NCBI GenBank assembly: GCA_031411295.1
Contig: JANOAV010000161.1
Location: 1 to 64,000 of the forward strand
Source: Verrucomicrobiales bacterium
GTDB taxonomy: Bacteria > Verrucomicrobiota > Verrucomicrobiia > Verrucomicrobiales > V1-33
Length of the DNA stretch: 64,000 nucleotides
Reading direction: 5' to 3'
Below, piece after piece: positions 48,361 to 58,738 of this stretch; the stretch's first letter is position 1, and the number at the start of each line of letters is the position of its first letter. A model generated the notes under the pieces. It did no database searches. It had not been told where the DNA came from and worked only from the letters and a program-made list of their open reading frames with translations. The position numbers were made by a program, and so were the translations under genes.

Positions 48361-48479
48361 ATGTTGATTGTAAGCTGTATTTGATATTTAGCAACTCTGT
48401 TGGGTTGGAGCTGAGGTTTGTCTTTTGCTGCATCCCTTGGTGGCTTGACGACGGATTGCGGCCCAGCTAGATTTCCCGC

Positions 48480-49019
48480 ATGACGCCCATTTATTATGAG
48501 GGACTTCTGTTCCGCAGCTACCAGACCGAGGACGCCCCGGCGTATCTGGCGGCGGTGCTGGAATCCGTGGCCACCGTGGCGCCATGGATGCCGTGGTGCC
48601 ATCCAAATTATGCGTTGGCTGATACCTTGCAATGGTTTGCCGACTGCCAATCCAGTCGGGCGGCGGAAACGGCGTTTGAGTTCGGGATCTTCGATGCCCA
48701 GACGAACGAGTTTCTCGGAGGGGCGGGGCTGAACCAGATTTGCTGGCAGCATTCCTTCTGCAACCTCGGCTACTGGGTCCGGCAATCACAGCAGCGGAAG
48801 GGCATCGCCAGTCGCTCGGTGCTGGCGCTGGCGGACCATGCGTTCCGGGTGGTGGGGCTCAAGCGGGTGGAAATCGTCGTCGCCCTTGGCAATGACGCCA
48901 GTGAGGGCGTGGCGCGGAAATGTGGTGCGCTAGAGGAAGGCGTGGCGCGGAACCGCTTGGTGGTTGGGGGTATTTCGGTGGCGGCACGGATGTTTTCTTT
49001 GGTGCCGACGGAAGCTTGA
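48480..49019 (+). CDS. RimJ/RimL-type GNAT N-acetyltransferase
   Basis: PWMPW, NLGYWVR...RKGIAS, RVEI...N.AS..VA.K.G...EG motifs. Confidence 0.9.
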   Translation: MTPIYYEGLLFRSYQTEDAPAYLAAVLESVATVAPWMPWCHPNYALADTLQWFADCQSSRAAETAFEFGIFDAQTNEFLGGAGLNQICWQHSFCNLGYWVRQSQQRKGIASRSVLALADHAFRVVGLKRVEIVVALGNDASEGVARKCGALEEGVARNRLVVGGISVAARMFSLVPTEA

Positions 49020-49031
49020 TAGAAAGATCTG

Positions 49032-49472
49032 ATGAAGAAACGAAAAACAGAGGCTCAAGAACCTGACATTTACGACGCTTGGCGACCTACGCTGGCGGAA
49101 CTACTGGAGGAAATGGCATACGATGACGAATTCTGTGAGCAGCCCGTAGATCTAAACGCCCGCTACTGCGAAGACACACGACTTCATAGGATTGCCCACC
49201 GTGGCAACGTTTGGTGTGCCCGGCTCCTGCTGGAAGCTGGCGCGGACCCGAACATTCCAGGAGATCTCAGCGTCAGTCCGCTCTACTGGGCGGTCAGATC
49301 GGGTAACCTGGGACTTGCAAAGCTCCTGCTGGATCATGGGGCACGGGTTGATGTGAGGAATGAGTTTGGTTCCAATGATTTGGGAGCATGCAGCCCAAGA
49401 GGCTTGCGTGCGAACCCAGCCATGTTCAAGCTCCTCAAATCCTACTGGCCAAATGTTAAGCCGAGGACCTAG
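49032..49472 (+). CDS. Ankyrin-repeat protein
   Basis: LLLEAGADPN and SPLYWAV..GN...KLLLDHGA.VD repeats. Confidence 0.85.
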   Translation: MKKRKTEAQEPDIYDAWRPTLAELLEEMAYDDEFCEQPVDLNARYCEDTRLHRIAHRGNVWCARLLLEAGADPNIPGDLSVSPLYWAVRSGNLGLAKLLLDHGARVDVRNEFGSNDLGACSPRGLRANPAMFKLLKSYWPNVKPRT

Positions 49473-49565
49473 GCCGTCTAGCCAAAACGCCGACACCACC
49501 AGCCAGATGAACCTGAGTCACTCTGGGCTCCGTGTTCAAGCATGCGTCAAGCCCTCCGCATGCAT

Positions 49566-49940
49566 TGTGGATACAGCAGTCGAGCCGACTGCTGCCACAC
49601 TCGTTATCGAGCTGGGATGGAACGACTTATCCCCACCCTATATGGAAGAGTTTATTTTTGGGGGACACAATTTCTTCTTCTTATACAGTGCGAATAAGTG
49701 GGATAACTTTCTCAGCCTTGGTGGAACAAGGGTTCCACGCGCAGCAGGGTTGCGAATAAGCTTGGGGCACGACCGGGGTGGCTGGGGATAAGTCGCACCC
49801 TTGCGAACAAGTTCTGAGAAACGAGTCAGTTATGCGAAAGTTATTGGCGTCCATTTATCGAAATCATTCTAGAAATTATGGGTTGGTTGATGTTGGGGTC
49901 ACACAAATCAAATTTGATCAGTAGCACAGCTTGGGGAAAA
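49566..49940. promoter_or_regulatory. Candidate chromosomal replication origin (DnaA-box-like cluster)
   Basis: Non-coding. TGTGGATAC 49566, TTATCCCCA 49627, TGCGAATAA 49689 and 49751, GTGGGATAA 49698, TGGGGATAA 49783, TGCGAACAA 49802, TGGGGAAAA 49932; AT-rich tracts; about 4 kb from parS. Confidence 0.6.
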
Positions 49941-50106
49941 TGCCTGGATTATCTCTTTGAAAAATGCTTCCGCTGCTCCGATTTTCCGAAATTAGTTCAT
50001 TGAACTGACGAATCCGCTCCCGTTCCGCTCCTGGCAAAGTAGCACGACGGAGCAAACCTGCGCCCGGCTGGAGAAGCAACGAGGCGCCCCGTATCTGATC
50101 GAGCCC

Positions 50107-50406
50107 TTGGTGGGTCATGCGGCTTATGATTTAGCCCTCCAAGGGAAACCAGCGGCAGCGTTGGCTTGGATCAAGCGGATGGATAGCTCCGGGGGTGCCG
50201 GAAGCCTGCCCGGCATCACAGGCTTTCGCAAAGCCATTCTGGAGCGACCGGATAGCCTAAAAAACGTGGACGATGCAACCTTAGGTGAAATTGTGGCGAA
50301 ATTTGGTTCCAGCTCAGCGGTCGAATCTCTGGCGAAGAAACTCGATACTGTGGATCCAGTGCAGGCAGCGAAGGTGCGCAGATTTGCAGTAAAGCCCGGT
50401 TTATGA
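50107..50406 (+). pseudogene. Probable C-terminal gene fragment (helical-repeat hypothetical)
   Basis: KPAAALAWI...DPVQAAKVR resembles the end of 19186-20322; no convincing start or N-terminal anchor. Confidence 0.4.
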
Positions 50407-50442
50407 GTAACCGTTCGAGACACCGCCGTGGGTGCCGCGAAC

Positions 50443-50575
50443 GGCGGATTTTTGCACGGAGGTGGAAACGCGCTGCTGCGCGTGTCTGAAAGGGGAAGTC
50501 CAATGACGCGCAGCAGCGCGTCACCACCGCATGGTCTGTTGATAATCAAAAACTTACAACGTGTAAAAATCCGCC
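50443..50575. mobile_element. 133-bp MITE-like element containing a REP pair
   Basis: TIRs GGCGGATTTTTGCACG / CGTGTAAAAATCCGCC (15/16); inner IR ACGCGCTGCTGCGCGT / ACGCGCAGCAGCGCGT; flanking 13-bp direct repeat CGTGGGTGCCGCG at 50427 and 50576. Confidence 0.7.
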
Positions 50576-50662
50576 CGTGGGTGCCGCGTTACGGGTCGGG
50601 AATTACATTGACCCCAAGCCGTGGAATTGGCTATATTCAACCACTCCCCCACCCCAATCCCC

Positions 50663-53600
50663 ATGCGTGCTCTCTTTTTCCTCCTCCTGCTGCCCATCGT
50701 GGCGGCAGCTCAATCTGTTATTATTAACGAGATCAGTGCGGTGCAGTCGGAGCGCGTGTTGCAGTGGGATGCGGCGGGGGTTTCTCGGCCAGGGTGCCTG
50801 ACGCGCTGGACGGAGGTGGGGTTTGATCGCAGTCAGTGGTTGAGTGGGCCCGGGCCGATTGGGTTTGGCTATGGGGGCGAGGGCACGCTGCTGACGGGCA
50901 TGAGCGGGAGTGCGGTGACGTATTATCTGCGGCGGGAGTTTACGCCGACCCCTGCCCAACTTGCGGCCACCGAGCCATTGCAGATCGTGATCGATTATGA
51001 CGATGGCTTTGTGGCCTATTTAAATGGCGTGGAAGTGGCACGGCGGAATTTGGGAGCGGCCAAGGCGTATGCCTATTGGGATGCGGTTACTTTTAATACC
51101 CATGCGGCGGGAACTCCGGAGACGATCACGCTGGGGGGAGCGTCCAGTTTGCTCCGCAGCGGGATGAATGTGCTGGCGATTCAGATGCACAATAATGCTT
51201 ATGCGGAAGGAACCCAAGCGTTGCCGAACACGGCCTCAGGTGGCGGCAGAATGAAGTGCAGTGCGGCGTTAAACCTAACTACGGCATCGCCCCAAACCCT
51301 GGTGGCTCCGGCGGACACGTGGCAGTATTTCATCGGACGCATGGAGCCATCCGCAGGGGTGTTCGACGCGGTGCCGCCGCCGTTTGCTCCCAACTGGTCG
51401 CAAGTGAATTTCGATGACAGCACCTGGCCGACGGTGCAGGGGCCGATGGGTTTCGATGCCGCCTTAACCGGAGTCACTTCTTACATCCCACTTCTGGGCA
51501 CGAACACCAACAGCATCCTGTTCGCGATGCGGAACAACAGCGTTTCGGCGTATGGCCGCCGGGCTTTTACCCTGACCCAGGCCCAATATGATAGCATCAC
51601 GTCGCTGAATATGACAGTCGATTGGGATGACGGCTACGCGCTGTTTCTTAATGGCGTGGAGTTGTCGCGCGCGAATTTGGGGGGCACGCCGGGCACGCTG
51701 ATTCCTTGGTTTACTTCCGCCTCTGACCACGGGGCATCGGCGGATTTTAACCCCAACGATCCGACGCGGAAAGTGACCATTGTGGTGGATAAATCCCGCC
51801 TGCAGGTGGGGAAAAATGTGTTGGCGGGGCAACTGCACAATTCCAGTTCCGGCAGCAGCGATTTATTGTTGGATGTGCAATTCTCCGCGAATACCACCGG
51901 CGGAAATTTACCGTTGGTGCAGCGCAATGATCTCTGGACTTACTTCCGCCCGACCGCAGAAATCGGCACCGTGGCCACGGCGGCGGTGCCTGAGTTAAGT
52001 GATTGGATCGAGCTGCGGAACACCACGGCAGCGCCCGTGGATCTGAGTGGTTGGTCGCTCACGGATGATGCGGCGGTGCCGGTGAAATGGACATTTCCCC
52101 CTGGGAAAATCATTCCAGCCAACGGCTATCTGGTCGTGCTGGCAAGTGGTCGGAATATCACGACCCCAGTGAGCGGTGGCTATTTGCACACGAATTTTTC
52201 CTTGGGGGCGAGTGGAGAATACTTGGCGCTGCGGAACCAGGCGGGGGTCATTTCCAGTGTCTTGACGAACGTGCCGGATCAGGATTATTTCCACACGTGG
52301 GGGGTCGATCCTAACAGCGGCGGTTATCGCTTCCTGGCGCTGGGCACGCCGGGCGTGGCCAATGTTGGTGGAGCAGAAACGGATCGGGTGCAGAAGGTGG
52401 ATATGGATCATGAGACCGGATACCATGCGGCTGGACTGCAAGTCGGTCTGACGTGTCCCACGGTTGGGGCCACGATTCGCTACACCACGAATGGCACGGA
52501 GCCGACAGAAACGAACGGCACGCTCTACACCGCACCGTTCGATCCGACCGTGAAGGTCACGGTTGGTCCTGGGGCAGGAAACATTTTGCGCGAAGTCTGG
52601 CAGTTTACCAACAACGCCTACCTCGCGCCACCCAACCTGCCTGTCAGCACGACGCCCACCGTGATGAATCTGCTGACGAGTTTCGAAACCCCAACTTCCT
52701 GGGGTGATTACTATGGCACGCGGGTTCGGGGATTTCTGCATCCGCCGACAACAGGTAGCTACATTTTCCGCCTGGCGACGGATGATGATGGCGAACTTTG
52801 GCTGGGCACCAGCGCAGATCCGAACTCGAAGGTAAAAATCGCGTCGGTGGTTGGCTGGACCTCCGTCCGGGAGTGGGGGAAATTTCCCGCCCAGACTTCG
52901 GTGCCGATTAGCTTGGTGGCCGGTCAGCGTTATTATATAGAGATGCGTTTCAGCGAAGGCGGCGGCGGAGACAATGGCGCGGTCGGTTGGACGGGACCCG
53001 GGATTTCTGCGATCACAGTGATCGAGGGGCGGTATCTTTCGCCTCCGGATGTGATTCCGCCCGGCGTGACGGGCTTGCCTGGGGGAGCGGTCGTGCGCGC
53101 CCGGGCGTTTCTGCCGGGATTGTTGCCCAGTGAGATCCGTTCGCGATCTTTCGTGACGGGCGCAGATTCTCGCGTGCAGAATTTCCCGGCCATCTTCCTG
53201 TCGGGAGATCCGGGCAGGACATTTTATTTGCCCAACGGCATCTTTTCCATCAGCGGTGGGGCTTGGAATGGAGGGGGCGATTGGGCTGCTACGAATACCG
53301 GGACGGATTACGATTTCTGCCTCATGCATGGTCAGGCGTGGGAGCGGCCCGCGCAATTCGAGTTCGTGAGCCCGGGAAATGTCGTCGATGTGCGGACGAC
53401 ATTAGGGGTGCGGTTCAGCGGCAGTGTCTGGAGTCGGACGAAATATACCAATCAAGGTTTGGAGAATGGAACATGGAATGCCGGCTGGACGAACAAGCCG
53501 CAAATGGCGATTCGCTTCCGAGGCGAGTTGGGCGACAGCACGCTGCACAAGGAAAAATTCATCCCCACCTCAAAGCTGAATGACTGGGAAACGCTGAAGA

Positions 53601-55567
53601 TTCGGGCTGGGAAGAATGATCCGTATAACCCGTTCATCGTGGATGAACTGGTGCGTCGGTGTTTCGGAGCCATGGGGAATCCATCTCCGCAGGGCATCTT
53701 CGCCACGGGCTATCTTAATGGAGATTTGAAAGGCTACTTCAATCTCTGCGAGCGCCCGTTGGAAGAATACTGGCAGGAATATTTCAGTAACACTAGCACG
53801 TGGGACGTGACGCCTAACGACTGGTCTGCCAACTTATTTACCGACACGGATTGGCAGTCGGGCGACTCCGTGGCGTGGAAGGCAATGATGTCCTATTTCA
53901 AAGCGAACGATTTCTCCGTGCTGGCCAACTACCAAACCGGCACCACCTACTGGGACGTGAACAACGTGGCGGATTACTACATTATCAATGGATGGACGGG
54001 CATGCAGGACTGGCCGGGAAACAATTTCTACTTTGCTCACGAACGCATTCCGGGCGGAAAATGGTGGTTCAGCATGTGGGACGCAGAGGGAGCGTTTGGG
54101 TCGTTTGGCCAAGTGAATACGATCAATGAATTCGACAGCAATTTGCTGGTTCCTGAAAATGGATCACGCAATCCAGCGATCACGAACGATGACATGACGA
54201 CGCGACTCATGATGCGGCGTTTCTACCAAAGCCCGGAATTTCGGATGGTCTTTGCGGACCGCTTGCAGAAACATTTCTTCAATGGCGGAGCGCTGAGCAG
54301 CCCGGTGGTAACGGCCTTACATGATTCCATGAAAGCGCAGGTGGCCCCGATCATCAAAGCGGTCAATGGAGGGGACTTCTGGGACGGATGGTGGACCGAT
54401 TGGGTGGTGGGCAGCGGCCGCACAAATACCTTCCTAACGCAGTGTCGCACCTTGGGAATGTGGCCAGTGACGACAGCGCCTATCTTCAATCGCAGTGGTG
54501 GCACCATTTCCGCCACGCAACCACTAGCAATCTCGCAGACGAACAGCAGCGGTGGATTCGCCATTTATTATACCACCACCGGAACAGATCCGCGGGCCGT
54601 GGGCGGCGGTGTGTCGGCGGATGCGGCTACTGCTAGTTTCAGCGCCAGCCTTACCATCACCACGCCCACGACGGTGAAAGCGCGCGTGCGCAATCTCACT
54701 ACGCTGGAATGGAGTCCGATCACGCAAGGGGTCTTCGCTCCCCCACCCCCGACGCTGGCATTTACCGAGATCAACTACAACCCGCCGGGGTCGGGCGATG
54801 CCACGGAGTTCCTGGAAATTACGAATATCGGCGGAGGCGTGGCTCCGCTCACTGGCGCGCATTTCACCGCAGGCGTCACTTATACTTTTGGAAACTTGAG
54901 CTTGGCCGCCGGGCAGAGTGTGGTCCTGGTCCGCGATCCAGTAGCCTTTGCGGCCGCGTATCCTGGAGTGACCATTGGCGGAACCTACACGGGGGCCTTA
55001 AACAACAGCGGAGACACCCTAACACTGGTGGATTTTGCAGAACAAACCATCGCCACCGTGACCTATGGCGATTCCAACACGCCCGGCTGGCCTACGGAGC
55101 CTGACGGAAATGGCGGCACGTTAGTGCTGATGCGCCCCTGGGCGAATCCCGCCATGAACACCGCCGCTAACTGGCGCGCCAGCAGCACCCCGAACGGCAA
55201 TCCTGGTGCGCCCGACAGCCTGCCGCTCATTTCCTCCAATCCCAACGCAGACAGCGATGGCGACGGCTACTCCGCCCTGGTGGAATACGCGTTAGGCACC
55301 AGCGACACCTCCGCTACCACCCGCCCCGTCATCACCACCAGCACCGCCGGAGGCCAAATGACCTTCAGCATCACCCGCCCCATCAACACCGACGACGCCA
55401 TCGTCGAAGCCATCGAAAGCACTGACCTCAGCGCTTGGAACGCCGCCGAGAAAGTCAGCGAAACCCCAGCCCCCAATGGTCAAACCACCACCACCTGGCG
55501 CTGCACCACGCCGCTGGCTGAATTGAATCGGGTCTTCATCAAGCTGCGGGTGACGCTGAAACCGTGA
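50663..55567 (+). CDS. Secreted CotH-kinase-family protein with lamin-tail, chitobiase/Fn3-like and PA14 domains
   Basis: Signal peptide; VIINEI and DWIELRN (LTD); IRYTTNGTEP; PA14 (EGGGGDN); CotH motifs DWPGNN and MWDAE; C-terminal DSDGDG..LVEYALG...FIKLRV. Confidence 0.88.
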   Translation: MRALFFLLLLPIVAAAQSVIINEISAVQSERVLQWDAAGVSRPGCLTRWTEVGFDRSQWLSGPGPIGFGYGGEGTLLTGMSGSAVTYYLRREFTPTPAQLAATEPLQIVIDYDDGFVAYLNGVEVARRNLGAAKAYAYWDAVTFNTHAAGTPETITLGGASSLLRSGMNVLAIQMHNNAYAEGTQALPNTASGGGRMKCSAALNLTTASPQTLVAPADTWQYFIGRMEPSAGVFDAVPPPFAPNWSQVNFDDSTWPTVQGPMGFDAALTGVTSYIPLLGTNTNSILFAMRNNSVSAYGRRAFTLTQAQYDSITSLNMTVDWDDGYALFLNGVELSRANLGGTPGTLIPWFTSASDHGASADFNPNDPTRKVTIVVDKSRLQVGKNVLAGQLHNSSSGSSDLLLDVQFSANTTGGNLPLVQRNDLWTYFRPTAEIGTVATAAVPELSDWIELRNTTAAPVDLSGWSLTDDAAVPVKWTFPPGKIIPANGYLVVLASGRNITTPVSGGYLHTNFSLGASGEYLALRNQAGVISSVLTNVPDQDYFHTWGVDPNSGGYRFLALGTPGVANVGGAETDRVQKVDMDHETGYHAAGLQVGLTCPTVGATIRYTTNGTEPTETNGTLYTAPFDPTVKVTVGPGAGNILREVWQFTNNAYLAPPNLPVSTTPTVMNLLTSFETPTSWGDYYGTRVRGFLHPPTTGSYIFRLATDDDGELWLGTSADPNSKVKIASVVGWTSVREWGKFPAQTSVPISLVAGQRYYIEMRFSEGGGGDNGAVGWTGPGISAITVIEGRYLSPPDVIPPGVTGLPGGAVVRARAFLPGLLPSEIRSRSFVTGADSRVQNFPAIFLSGDPGRTFYLPNGIFSISGGAWNGGGDWAATNTGTDYDFCLMHGQAWERPAQFEFVSPGNVVDVRTTLGVRFSGSVWSRTKYTNQGLENGTWNAGWTNKPQMAIRFRGELGDSTLHKEKFIPTSKLNDWETLKIRAGKNDPYNPFIVDELVRRCFGAMGNPSPQGIFATGYLNGDLKGYFNLCERPLEEYWQEYFSNTSTWDVTPNDWSANLFTDTDWQSGDSVAWKAMMSYFKANDFSVLANYQTGTTYWDVNNVADYYIINGWTGMQDWPGNNFYFAHERIPGGKWWFSMWDAEGAFGSFGQVNTINEFDSNLLVPENGSRNPAITNDDMTTRLMMRRFYQSPEFRMVFADRLQKHFFNGGALSSPVVTALHDSMKAQVAPIIKAVNGGDFWDGWWTDWVVGSGRTNTFLTQCRTLGMWPVTTAPIFNRSGGTISATQPLAISQTNSSGGFAIYYTTTGTDPRAVGGGVSADAATASFSASLTITTPTTVKARVRNLTTLEWSPITQGVFAPPPPTLAFTEINYNPPGSGDATEFLEITNIGGGVAPLTGAHFTAGVTYTFGNLSLAAGQSVVLVRDPVAFAAAYPGVTIGGTYTGALNNSGDTLTLVDFAEQTIATVTYGDSNTPGWPTEPDGNGGTLVLMRPWANPAMNTAANWRASSTPNGNPGAPDSLPLISSNPNADSDGDGYSALVEYALGTSDTSATTRPVITTSTAGGQMTFSITRPINTDDAIVEAIESTDLSAWNAAEKVSETPAPNGQTTTTWRCTTPLAELNRVFIKLRVTLKP

Positions 55568-55631
55568 TAAGTTCCTCCCTGACCCAAGATTAAAACCCCA
55601 AAAAATTCTAAAAACTTCTCCCAAAATCCTT

Positions 55632-55659
55632 TTGACACTTGCGGTGAGGGAAATACAGT
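55632..55659 (+). promoter_or_regulatory. Sigma70 promoter upstream of tRNA-Thr-tuf
   Basis: TTGACA-16bp-TACAGT followed by a GC-rich discriminator. Confidence 0.7.
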
Positions 55660-55826
55660 CCGCGACGCAATGCGAAAAGGCGAGTGGTAGGCTCACTCGG
55701 GTCGTTGAGGAATTTCCCTGAAGAAAATCTCTTAAATCTTCTTCAGAAAAAATCGACTCCCCCAGTGAACCTACCTTTCCTTTTCTCTACGTCCGGCGGT
55801 CCCCCCGTTCGCGACATTGTCGTTTT

Positions 55827-55901
<75 letters not shown>

Positions 55902-55982
55902 CTCCCTAAAATTCCCAATTAAGAAATAACCAACACCTAAAAACCGCACGGTTCCACCGGGCACAACCACACCCCATCCATC

Positions 55983-57167
55983 ATGGCTAAAGAAGCATTT
56001 CAAAGAAACAAGCCGCACGTGAACATCGGCACCATCGGTCACGTTGACCATGGCAAGACCACCCTCACGGCCGCTATCACCTCCACGCTCGCCAAGAAAG
56101 GCTTCGCCCAAGCCAAAGGCTATGCGGACATCGACGCTGCTCCAGAAGAGAAAGCCCGCGGTATTACCATCAACACCGCCCACGTCGAATACGAAACCGA
56201 AAATCGCCACTATGCCCACGTGGATTGCCCAGGACACGCTGACTATGTCAAGAACATGATCACCGGTGCCGCGCAAATGGACGGCGGCATTCTTGTCGTT
56301 TCCGCCGCTGACGGCCCGATGCCACAAACTCGTGAGCACATCCTTCTCGCCCGCCAAGTTGGTGTGCCTGCGCTGGTTGTCTTCATGAACAAAGTTGACA
56401 TGGTGGATGACGCTGAACTCCTCGACCTCGTCGAAATGGAAATCCGCGATCTCCTCAGCCAATATGAATTCCCAGGCGACGACGTGCCGATTGTCAAAGG
56501 TTCTGCCAAGCTGGCTCTCGAAGGCAATGCCGATCAAGAAGCCAACATCCTCAAGTTGATGGAAGCGGTTGATAACTACATCCCGCTCCCTGAGCGTCCG
56601 ATCGACCAACCTTTCCTCATGCCAGTTGAAGACGTATTCGCGATTGAAGGTCGTGGAACCGTCGCCACTGGTCGGGTGGAGCGTGGTATCGTGAAGAAGA
56701 TGGAAGAAGTAGAAATCATCGGCTTCAAGGATACCGTTAAGACCACCGTGACGGACATCGAAATGTTCCGTAAGCTCCTCGACGAAGGTCGTGCGGGTGA
56801 CAACGTCGGTCTGCTCCTCCGCGGCGTGAAAAAAGACGCCGTCGAGCGCGGTCAAGTGCTCGCCAAGACCGGTTCCGTGAAGCCCCACACCAAGTTCAAG
56901 GCTGAGGTCTATGTCCTCTCCAAAGACGAAGGTGGCCGTCACACGCCGTTCTTCAACAACTACCGTCCTCAGTTCTACGTCCGCACCACGGACGTGACCG
57001 GCAGCATCAAACTCCCCGAAGGCGTGGAAATGGTGATGCCTGGCGACAATATCGCCATGGAAGTCGAACTGATCACTCCGATCGCCCTTGAGCGCACGAT
57101 GCGTTTCGCTATCCGTGAAGGTGGCCGCACCGTCGGAGCCGGTCGTGTCGCTGACATCATCGCCTAA
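55983..57167 (+). CDS. tuf: Elongation factor Tu
   Basis: [22 protein letters not shown] and NKVD motifs; 394 aa. Confidence 0.99.
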   Translation: MAKEAFQRNKPHVNIGTIGHVDHGKTTLTAAITSTLAKKGFAQAKGYADIDAAPEEKARGITINTAHVEYETENRHYAHVDCPGHADYVKNMITGAAQMDGGILVVSAADGPMPQTREHILLARQVGVPALVVFMNKVDMVDDAELLDLVEMEIRDLLSQYEFPGDDVPIVKGSAKLALEGNADQEANILKLMEAVDNYIPLPERPIDQPFLMPVEDVFAIEGRGTVATGRVERGIVKKMEEVEIIGFKDTVKTTVTDIEMFRKLLDEGRAGDNVGLLLRGVKKDAVERGQVLAKTGSVKPHTKFKAEVYVLSKDEGGRHTPFFNNYRPQFYVRTTDVTGSIKLPEGVEMVMPGDNIAMEVELITPIALERTMRFAIREGGRTVGAGRVADIIA

Positions 57168-57218
57168 TCAGGAAATAAAATCCCCGTTTCTGTTCTGAGA
57201 AGAGCAGACAACCCCTCC

Positions 57219-57252
57219 GCAGGGTGCCCAGCAATGGGCACCCTGCTTTTTT
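57219..57252 (+). terminator. Rho-independent terminator after tuf
   Basis: GCAGGGTGCCCA-GCAA-TGGGCACCCTGC followed by T6. Confidence 0.92.
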
Positions 57253-57348
57253 GTGCCGATTTACCGAGAATGGAAGTGCGTTTTCGGGTTACTACTTGCA
57301 TCCGCAGGAGGCTCGGCTTAGTTCCGGGATAATCCCCCATCATTTTTT

Positions 57349-58731
57349 ATGTCTAAGTATGATCTTTTAGTTATTGGCGGCGGCCCAGCAGGGTATGTCG
57401 GAGCGATTCGTGCAGCGCAACTCGGTAAGAAAGTTGCCGTTGTGGAAATGGACCGTGCCGGTGGCACGTGCTTGAACTGGGGCTGTCTGCCGACCAAGTC
57501 GCTGCTGCGCAATGCCGAATTGTATCATCTCATGACCCATAAAGCTGGAGAGTTCGGTTTCGCCTTCGATAACCTGACCTTTGATTGGAGTAAAGTCATT
57601 GGTCGGAGTCGCAAAATTTCCGATAAATTGGCTGGCGGCATCGAGTTTCTCTTTAAGAAAAACAAGATCGACTACATCCGGGGCAAGGGCATCGTGACCG
57701 CTCCGGGTAAGGTGGAAGTCACTGCCACGGACGGCACCAAGAGCAACTTGGAAGCCGGGAAGATCCTCGTGGCCACCGGTTGCGTGACACGTGAGTTGCC
57801 GAATTTTCCGTTCAATGGCACGAGCGTTGTCGGCAGTCATGATGCCATGATCCTGCCCACCCAACCGAAGGAAATTATCATTATCGGAGCAGGCGCCATC
57901 GGTATTGAGTTCGCTTATTTCTTCAACGCCTTCGGCACCAAAGTAACCGTGGTGGAAATGTTACCTAACATCCTCCCAGTGGAAGACACCGACGTCAGCG
58001 TCGCCCTGGAGAAGAGTTTCAAACGCCTTGGTATTAACTGTCTGACGAACACCAAGGTGACTGGCACCAAAGCCACGCCCACGGGTGTGGAAATCACCGT
58101 GGAAAATGCCGCCGGCACCAAAGTTCTAACAGGCGACGTTTGTCTGGTGGCCATCGGGGTGAAGCCATTGCTACCCGGCGGAGTGGAGCCGAAGTTGACT
58201 GACCGTGGCTATATTGCGATCGATGCCCGTTACCAAACCAGCATTAAGGACGTGTATGCTGCTGGAGATATTATCGGGCCTCCATGGCTGGCGCACGTGG
58301 CCAGTTGGGAAGCCATCCAAGCAGTGGAAGGAATGTTTACCAAGCACGTGCCGAAGAAGATCAGCGTCTTCCCTGGTTGCACCTATTGCCAACCCCAAGT
58401 CGCCAGCGTCGGCCTGACCGAGCGGGCCGCCAAGGAAAAGGGCTTGGCCTACAAAGTAGGCATGTTCCCATTCCAAGCGAGTGGCAAAGCCATGGCGGTG
58501 GGGGAAACCGATGGGTTCGTGAAACTCATCATCGGTGCCAAGCATGGCGAAATCATTGGCGCGCATATCATCGGCAGTGAGGCCACGGAAATGATCGCTG
58601 AAATGGGCCTGGCCATCACCCTGGAAGCCACCATCGAAGAAATCGAAGCCACGATCCACGCCCACCCAACGCTAGCCGAGGCCATGCACGAAGCCGCCGG
58701 AGCTGCCGAGGGCAAAGCAATACATATCTAG
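57349..58731 (+). CDS. lpdA: Dihydrolipoyl dehydrogenase
   Basis: GGGPAGY, GGTCLNWGCLPTK, GAGAIGIE and HAHPTLAE motifs. Confidence 0.96.
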   Translation: MSKYDLLVIGGGPAGYVGAIRAAQLGKKVAVVEMDRAGGTCLNWGCLPTKSLLRNAELYHLMTHKAGEFGFAFDNLTFDWSKVIGRSRKISDKLAGGIEFLFKKNKIDYIRGKGIVTAPGKVEVTATDGTKSNLEAGKILVATGCVTRELPNFPFNGTSVVGSHDAMILPTQPKEIIIIGAGAIGIEFAYFFNAFGTKVTVVEMLPNILPVEDTDVSVALEKSFKRLGINCLTNTKVTGTKATPTGVEITVENAAGTKVLTGDVCLVAIGVKPLLPGGVEPKLTDRGYIAIDARYQTSIKDVYAAGDIIGPPWLAHVASWEAIQAVEGMFTKHVPKKISVFPGCTYCQPQVASVGLTERAAKEKGLAYKVGMFPFQASGKAMAVGETDGFVKLIIGAKHGEIIGAHIIGSEATEMIAEMGLAITLEATIEEIEATIHAHPTLAEAMHEAAGAAEGKAIHI

Positions 58732-58738
58732 CATTTCC

